Source of the DNA: Patescibacteria group bacterium
GTDB lineage: Bacteria; Patescibacteriota; Patescibacteriia; UBA10025; JAHIVO01
DNA: 64,000 bases
Assembly: GCA_041660605.1 (NCBI GenBank)
Contig: JBAZWB010000001.1
Location: forward strand, 137,295-201,294
Direction: 5' to 3'
Notes under the pieces: generated by a model
Databases searched by the model: none
Seen by the model: the letters and a program-made list of their open reading frames with translations, nothing else
Told to the model about the DNA's origin: nothing
Shown: piece after piece, positions 42,301 to 51,300 of the stretch
Position numbering within the stretch: the stretch's first letter is position 1
Layout of the letters: every line of letters begins with the position of its first letter
Program-made: the position numbers and the translations under genes

Positions 42301-45300
42301 ACCAGTGGGGCAAAGACCATGACTAATGTAACGACGATCAATGGCAATCTCACCATGACCGGTACCGTCACAGCCTCCACGAGCACCTCGGGCCAAACCA
42401 CGGTGGCCGGCGACGTCAGCATCGGTACGGGGACGACCCTGACCGTGGATACGGCGAATCTGGTGGTCAATGGCGGTGACATCACTGGTGACGGTACGTT
42501 GACATATAATGGTACACCGACGGTATCACTTGATGGGAACGGCAGTTTCGGTGGGAATACCGCCTGGTCATTCTGGAATCTTACGTTCGCTGATGCAGCG
42601 TGTGCCACATTATATTCGAACGCGACAGGCAGTGGTGGGATAACGGTCAATAATGTCATGACCACCGCAAGTCAGCCCGGGGCGTGCATAGAAGTTGATG
42701 AAGTCAGTAATGCACATGACCTATACGCCGGATCAAAGACCTGGACGATCGCCGGCAGCGGCACGTCGTACGTGAAGAATAGGGGAGTATTGACGCCGGA
42801 AACCTCGACTTTCATTTACAGCGGTACTGGTTCAACGACAGTTGCCCTTGGACCGTATAATAATCTCACCTTACAGCCCTCGACCGGCACACCGACGTAT
42901 ACGCTGCAGAATTCCACGTACTCAATCGGCGGCAACCTGGTTATTGTGCCGGATATCACAGCCGGCACCTCTACCGTTAATATGACCGGCACTTCCAACA
43001 CCATCACGGGTGGCGGGCGGTCAATATATAACCTGACCATTAATCCAGCGACAGCCGGCACGATTACTTTGCAGACCTCCGGGCTGACGGTGGCTCACAA
43101 CTTGATTGTTTCCAGCGGCGATATTTTTTCTGTTGGCGCGGTGGACCTGACGGTGACCGGCACCTCCACAATCACCGGTACGCTCACTTTATCGTCTGCC
43201 ACTGGCACGAAGATTTTTACCGGCCTGGTGACGGTCAGCACGACCACCGGTACCTGGAACAATTCCGGCAATTCAGCTATAACATTCCAGGGCGGGCTGA
43301 CCAATAATAATGTATTTACAGCCGGTACCGGTGTCTATACCTTCGATACCAATGACCAGGCCATCGGCGGCACCAGCACTATCGCCATTCCCAGCGTAAC
43401 CGTGACTACTATTACCCTGACCAATAATGGCACTCTTACCGTCACCACGGCGCTGGCCGGTACCGGCGGCATTACGAACGACACAACTGGTTCACTCCAT
43501 ATAGACGTGGCGGCAGCCAGCTTAACTCTGACGACCCTTACCGCTACCGCTTCCGGCAATACGGTTGATTATGGGTATGCCGGCGCGCAGACCGTCCACG
43601 ACAACAGTTATCACCACCTGACCTTGAGCGGCAGCGGAGACAAGACCATGCCCGCCGGCACTAAGAATATAGGCGGTAATTTGACTTTGAGCGGTACCGC
43701 GACCGCTACTACATATAGCGGAGTAGGCACAACATCAGTAACCGGCGATGTCAGTATTGGTACGGGAACAACATTGACCATCGCTAAAGACATACTCGTC
43801 AGTGGCGGGGACATTACCGGTGACGGGAACTTGACATACATTAATACGCCGATTGTTTATCTGTCCGGTGCTGGTAACTTCGGTGGTGCGACCAATTGGA
43901 GCTTCTATGATTTGATTTTTTCTATCAGCAGCAGTCCAAACACAACGACCACGGCGATAGGCGCAGGACAGATAACGGTCGCGTCAGTTCTGACAATTAG
44001 CAGTTGGAATGATGGATTTGGGGAGACATATTATCATAATCTGGACGCTGGCTCAAAGACCTGGACTTTGAGCGGATCCGGTACGCCGTTTACTGGAAAT
44101 GCGACACTGACGCCAAGTGCCTCGACCTTCGTTTACAGCGGGACAAGCGCAACGACAGTCGACGCAGGACCTTACTACAACCTCAGCCTGCAGCCCGCCT
44201 CTCCGCCGGACTATGTGATCTATACCATCGGGGACACCACAGTCGGCGGCAATCTCGTCATGAGCACGCTTGCGCAAAAATTAATTACCCAAGTTGGAAC
44301 TTCCACAGTTACCATGACGGGCACCTCCAATACTATCACCAGCGGTGGTCAGTCATTATACAATCTGACCATTAACCCAAGTTCAGCAGGCACCATCACG
44401 GTGCAAACTGACGATTTCCAGGTGGATGGCGCGCTTGACATCGCTGATAACGATACATTCTCCATCCCTACGGGCCGCACGGTTACCAGCATTGGGGCGA
44501 TCACCTTGAATACGTCCGGTACGGTAAGCGGAGCGGGAACGCTATCCTTAGATTATCGTTCGACTGGCCTAGGGACTGGCGGTACGGTGAGCTGCATCGT
44601 CCGGTTTGACACGACCAGTGCGAGTATTGGAGCCGGTACGTTTGACGCCCGCACGTATGGTGGCTTGGTACAATTGTATAATAATCAGCAGACATTAGAT
44701 CGGGTGATTACCGCACCGGCTACTGGCACGTTTGTATTCAGCGGAGGCCTCACGATGAGGGTTAATAATCAGTACGGAGAGCTGACAGCCGATTTTGACG
44801 ATACGACTGACCCGACGGTCACGGTGACAGGCAGCGTTACGATTCCTGCGGGCGGCACATTCCTGGCACCTAGCAGTACGACGCTATCCGTTGGCGCGAG
44901 CTTCTCAAACTCCGGTACCTTCACCCACAACTCCGGCACGGTGGCCCTGACTACCTCGGCGGCCGCGACAATAACAGGCAATACCACCTTTAATAACCTG
45001 TCAGTGACCGGCATCGGCGCAGCCAAGGCCATCACCTTCACCGGCAGTTCAGTGACGACGGTGGCCGGCACCTGGACCGTTACCGGCACGGCCGGCAACC
45101 TGATCACCCTGCAGTCCTCGGATACCAATAACTGGACTATCAACCCTGCGGCCGCCTCGGTTTCCTACGCCAGCATCTCCCGGTCAACTAATACCGGCAT
45201 CTCGTTCTGCGCCATTTATTCTACCAATGGCGGCAATAATGCCGGATGGAATATCTCAATCGGGCCTATTTGTGAGTCAGTTTCCATTACGGGGATCATC

Positions 45301-48300
45301 TATACGGATGAAGGGTCGACGTTATATAATTGCGCATCGAATAATCTGACTATTGCCGTCAAGGTTAATGGTTATGGTACGTACAGCAGTACCTGTACAA
45401 CCGCTGACGGGGAATATGTATTAAGTGACGTGATGGTTGATGGGACCAATGATGTGCTGACTGTTTTTCTGAATAATGAAACGCCAAACGCCGTAGCCGT
45501 CTCAAAAATTGCCGATACGCCAGCGGGTATTAATAATTTAAATCTGTACCAGGATAAAGTAATCGTCCGGCACGAAAGCTCTTCAGCCATGACCAATGCG
45601 AATCTGGACAAGTATGATTTCGTCAACGAAGGCAGTGACGGCGATATAGGGTTTACTGTCACGACTAATAATATTACCGTGGCCTCCGGCTGGGAGCTGC
45701 ACGTCTGGACTGGCGATACGTATGACCCGGGCGGTACGGTTACGACCAACGCGACCGGCGGTGATCTGCACGTGGACGATAGTGCGGTAGTCTATCTGGA
45801 TACGGCTACTAATGCCATTGGCCGGGATATTCTGGTTGACGGTAGCGCCACCCTGAACATTGATGCTGATACGACCGTCTCCGGCGGCGATATCACCATT
45901 TCAGGAAGCGGGGCGACGGTTACAAAATCCACCGGCACGCCAACTGTGACAATTACCGGCACCGGCAGTATCGGCGGCGGCACGACGCCCTCAATAAGCT
46001 TTTACAGCCTGACCGTCGGCACGGCTACAGCCGCCAGCACGACAGCTGCAAATAATATTTCTGTTACCAATACCCTTAATGTCGATACCAGCGATTCTTT
46101 GGCTATTGCCTCGGGAATGACTGTCACACATAGCGGCGCCACCCTGACTTTGAATGGCACGATATCCGGCGCTGGGCGCTTAACCTATAAGAGCTCCACG
46201 GCTTTCCCGACCGGCGGTACCATTTCTTCAATATTACGCTTTGATTCCTCGTCTAATAATCAAGATTTGAGTTCGCGGACCTATGGCGGTAACGTGGAAA
46301 TTTACGGCAACAACGCATCAAATATTGTTACGGCAGCATCAGGTACTTATACAATCAGTGGTAGCTTGACCACAAGCCAGGATGGGACAGGCGCTACCGC
46401 GTTGGATTTGAATGCCAACGCCCCCAATCTGACGGTCAATGGCGCGTTGACCGTCGGTGCTAATACGATCCTCAGCTCCACTGCCAACATACTAGATGTG
46501 AAGGGTAATCTAACTAATAATGGAACATTTTCTAATAACGGCGGCACGGTACGCCTCAGTGGCACTTCACAGCAGACCATGTCCGGCTCCTGGAATGGGG
46601 CTCAACTTGCCGACCTGACAGTTACCAATAATTCCGGGTCTGATCCGGATACCAGTCCATCAGTTATTTTTTCCTCCTCAGTTTCACTTAATGGCACCTT
46701 TACTGCCGCTACCGGCGGAACCAAGCTAAGGTTCAACACTGGCATCACTTTTTGGGCTTATGGCTTGACCCTAACGGGTTCAGCCGGCAATCTGGTTTAC
46801 CTGCGCAGTTCCACGTCGGGTACGGAAGTGACTTTTGAATACGGCGGTTTGGCCCAGAGCGTCACCTATGCTGATGTCAAAGACATGGACAATGGTGGTG
46901 GTACCGTCATAAACGCCACCGGAACCGGTAACGTCAATTCCGGCAATAATACCAACTGGGACTTCGGCTCTATCCGCGTAGCTGGTACGATTTATTCCAA
47001 TGACGGAGTAACGCCCTATAACTGCAGTTCGGACAATTTGACTATCAAGGTTTCGACGAATGGCGGGGCGGTTAATTCCGGCACCTGCACGGCAGCCAAC
47101 GGCACATTTGTCATGACTAATATAACTAAGCCCGGTGCCATAGACCAGCCAATTGCCCTGTTAATTGACAGCGGGGAAACACCGCAGGCGACTTCTGTCA
47201 CGTTGGCAGCCAGTACCCTTGGTGACGCGAATATGGATTTATACCAGAACCGACTGATTATTGACTCCGAGACCGGTACCACAATGACCGATATTTTATT
47301 GGATACAGCGGACAACAGCGGTGATGCCGGAATACGTTACGCTATTGCCAGCGGTAACCTAAGCGTGTCGAGCGGGCTCGGCTTGTGGGTATGGACTGGG
47401 AAGAACTTTACCCCCGGCGGGACAGTCACTACGCCGGCGTCCGGCACTGCTGCCGGAGGCGCTGGAGATGTCAATATTGCAGCCAGCGCGACGCTTAATA
47501 TGGCTGCCAACGCGCTTTCAGTCGGCGGCGATTTTACTAACAGTGGAACATTTACTATAACTTCAGGCCAGGCAACGACATTTACCGCCACGGGTACCGA
47601 TTTCGCGATTGACGACGGTACGGCAACTTTTCAGAATATTATTTTTAATGGTTCCGGCGGAGGCTGGTCATTTAGTTCAGCGGTAACCTTGTCAGGTGAT
47701 TTGACGATGACTGCCGGCATGCTTTCCGGCACCAGCGACATCACCGTCAATGGGAACGACATTACCGGCAATGGCACTATTAATTTAACGGGTGGCACGG
47801 TTTCCCTGCCGGATACCGGCAGTCTGGGAGGGGATGCGGCCTGGACGTTTTATAATCTTTCCCTGACTCAGGCAAGTTTTACTGATAAAACAACCACTGC
47901 CATCGGCAGCGGCAGTATCACTGTCAGCAATGTTTTAAGAGGCTATAGTGCTTATGACGCGGGTAGCGACCATGATTATTTCCATATTCTCGCGGCAGGG
48001 TCGAAAACGTGGATACTGTCAGGCACCGGCACTCCATTTGCGAATGGCGGTCTTCTCGTCGGCGATACTTCTACGTTCCGCTATACCGGCAACGGGGCGA
48101 CTAATATCGCTTCTGCCGAGGATGCTACTACGAATTATTATTATAACTTAGAGCTAAAACCATCCGGTACCGCCACTTATACCCTGCCTGACGCAATTGT
48201 TAGCACGCCCCAGCGAGTGAACGGCAATCTGATAATTGGCAACGGCACTAATTCAGTTACCGTCGATGGCACGACGAATAATCCATATTATAATATCGGC

Positions 48301-51300
48301 GGCAATGTTACCTGTACTACGGGTGCTGGGACGAATACTGTCCAAACCGGCACTGCTACCTGGGCCATCGCGGGTGATTTTGATCTCTCGAATTGCGACG
48401 TATTTACCGCGACTGCGGGGAACACTATTACGCTTTCCGGCACGAGCAAAACCTACACGCATAATAACCTGGCCGGCAACCCCTATAATTTGAATATTAC
48501 TGGCACGATTGCCGAATCAACGCCCGGCACCAACTATATTGATAATAACCTAACTATCAGCGGTACATTCACCAGCACGGCGGCTACTCTAGGCGTTGGC
48601 AATACTTTTACTAATAATGGTACGTTTAACGCGAATAATGGCGATGTTGTCTTCAGCGGCAGCAGCGGTATAATTGCCGGTTCCAGCACTACGACTTTCT
48701 TCGGCCTTTTCGTCCAGCCTACCGGCAGCGGCACGGTGACGGTCAATGGCTCCAATCCTACGGTAACGGACGACCTTTCTGTCGCTACCGGAGACACCCT
48801 CTCAATAAGCAGCGGGCAAATATTATCGCATACCGGCGGTACGATTGACCTGCTTGGAATAATGTCAGGCGACGGCCTGTTACGAATTACTAACGGATCG
48901 AGTGGTCCTGGCACGACCGGCACTCTCAATGTTGATGTGCGCTATGAAAATGGCATATCGGAGACCACGCTTGATGCCAGGACTTATGGCGGGGATGTGG
49001 AATTTTATATTGATTCTGAGGCTTTAATGTCAGCATCATCCCGGATGGCCAGCGGCACTTATAATTTCAATGGCAATTTGTACATAAATGCCGTCAATAA
49101 CGCCAATATTTCTTTAGAGGGGAATTTTAATAATCCAACGGTTAATGTCACCGGTAATATTGATTTTCTCGGATCGGGTCCTGGAATGGAAATCATCCAG
49201 ACAGGCACCGGCACCTGGACGGTCGGTGGAAATATCGATTTTACTGATGGCACTTATACGGCAACAACGGGAAATACGCTGACCATGAACGGCGCAGACG
49301 CCACTATTAATACCGGCGGCAATAGTTTGTATAATTTCAGCACTTCAGGCACCGGCATTATCACTACCGCATCTGCCATTACAGTGACTAATGATGTGAG
49401 TATCGGCACTGGCAGCACATTGCGCGCCAATACAGATACCAGCGTAGCGGGTGATTTGACTGGCGATGGCACGCTGACTTACACCAGCGGCACGCCTACG
49501 GTCACTATGTCTAATACAGGCAATATTGGCGGTGCGACAGCCTGGACATTTTACAATTTGACGCTGTCTGCTGATGCCTCCAGCGATTACACGACTACCG
49601 CTGCTGGCATCGGCAACATTAACATTGATAATGTTTTAACCACCGAATCGGCTGACTGCGGCGTGGACTGTTTTCGTTATCATTACCTTAATGGCGGGCT
49701 GAAGACCTGGACGCTCACTGGTTCCGGTACGCCGTTTATAAATAATGGATCATTGACGCCGGCAAGCTCTACCTTTGTTTTTTCAGGAACGTCAGCCACA
49801 ACTGTTGCCGGAGCGACGTACAATAATTTATTGCTCCTGCCGCCGAGCGGTACGCCAACCTATACGTTGGCCGGATCGCAATATATTGCCGGCGATTTTT
49901 CAATGGCGGCTGGACTAACCATGGATGCCGGTGCGTATACGGTTACGATGGCCGGCACAAACAACAGCATCATCAGTAACGGTCAAACACTGTATAATTT
50001 AACGATCGATCCGGCGACGACCGGCACTATTACTGTACAGACAGGCAATCTGACAGTCTCAAACAATCTGCGAATTGAAGCGGGCGATACTCTGGCCATC
50101 GACAACGGCGTGACGCTGGCCCACACCGGGAATGATTTGATCATCTTGGACAGCGCGAGTACGATTGCGGGTCCCGGCCGGCTGACTTACCGCAGCGCCA
50201 CGGCGTTTCCCACTGATGGTACGTTATCAGCTGGCCTGATCCTGCGGCTGGATACGACTAGTACCAACCAGACGATGAGCAGCCGGACTGATTATCAGCT
50301 GGTGGAAATCGACAACAGCGGAGCCACCGGCGGCCGGACGGTAACCATAGGTTCGGGTACTGCGCAGACCGTTACTACGTCGGGCGCTTTGTCCGTCCTG
50401 TCTTCCGGTAGCGGTTCAGTTGAGTTGGCGGGAGCGACATATAATCCAGCGGTCAATATCGGGGGAGACCTGAGCTACACGGCGGGAGGAGGGACGAAGA
50501 CCATAACGACCGGGACTGGCACCTGGACCGTTTCCGGCAATGTCAATCTGACTAATGGCACCTTTACCAAAAGCACCGGCCATACGCTTGTTATGAACGG
50601 TTCTTCTAAGACGCTTACTTCGGCTGCACAGATATTGGAGAACCTGACGCTTTCCGGCACCATTACGCTGGCTAATGCCACCCACACAGTCAATGGCAGC
50701 CTGACGTTAAGCGGAACGGTAACTGCCGGATCCTCTAATGTAACCATGACGGGTACGTCGAATACTATCGTCGGTGGTGGAAATATTTTAAGTACATTGA
50801 CCATAAATCCTTCATCCACCGGTACAATCACGTTACAGACCTCTGACTTAACTGTTTCCGGGACGCTGAGTGTTGCCGCAGACGATACATTGAGCATTGA
50901 TACCAGTCGCACTGTGACTGCTGTAGATACGTTAGTCATTAATGGCACCATTTCAGGCGCCGGACGTTTAACATTCAAGGGCTATACCTTCCCGGGTACC
51001 GGCACCGTGAGCTCAATCGTCCGGATGGACGCGACCGATGCCGGCTCAGGCCAGAATATCGGCGCCCGGACATTCGGCGGCTTAGTTGAGATATATAATA
51101 ATTCCGCCAGCAGTAACCGGATTGTTTCTCTGCAAAGCGGTACGTTCAATTTCAGCGGCGATGTCAATCTTACCGCCGCCAACAATCAAAATGTAACCCT
51201 CGATGGTTCGGGTAATGATTCCACCGTCAACATCACTGGTAACCTTGATTTCACTGGAGCAGGCTCCGGCAGTGAAATTATCGCTTCCGGCACCGGCACT

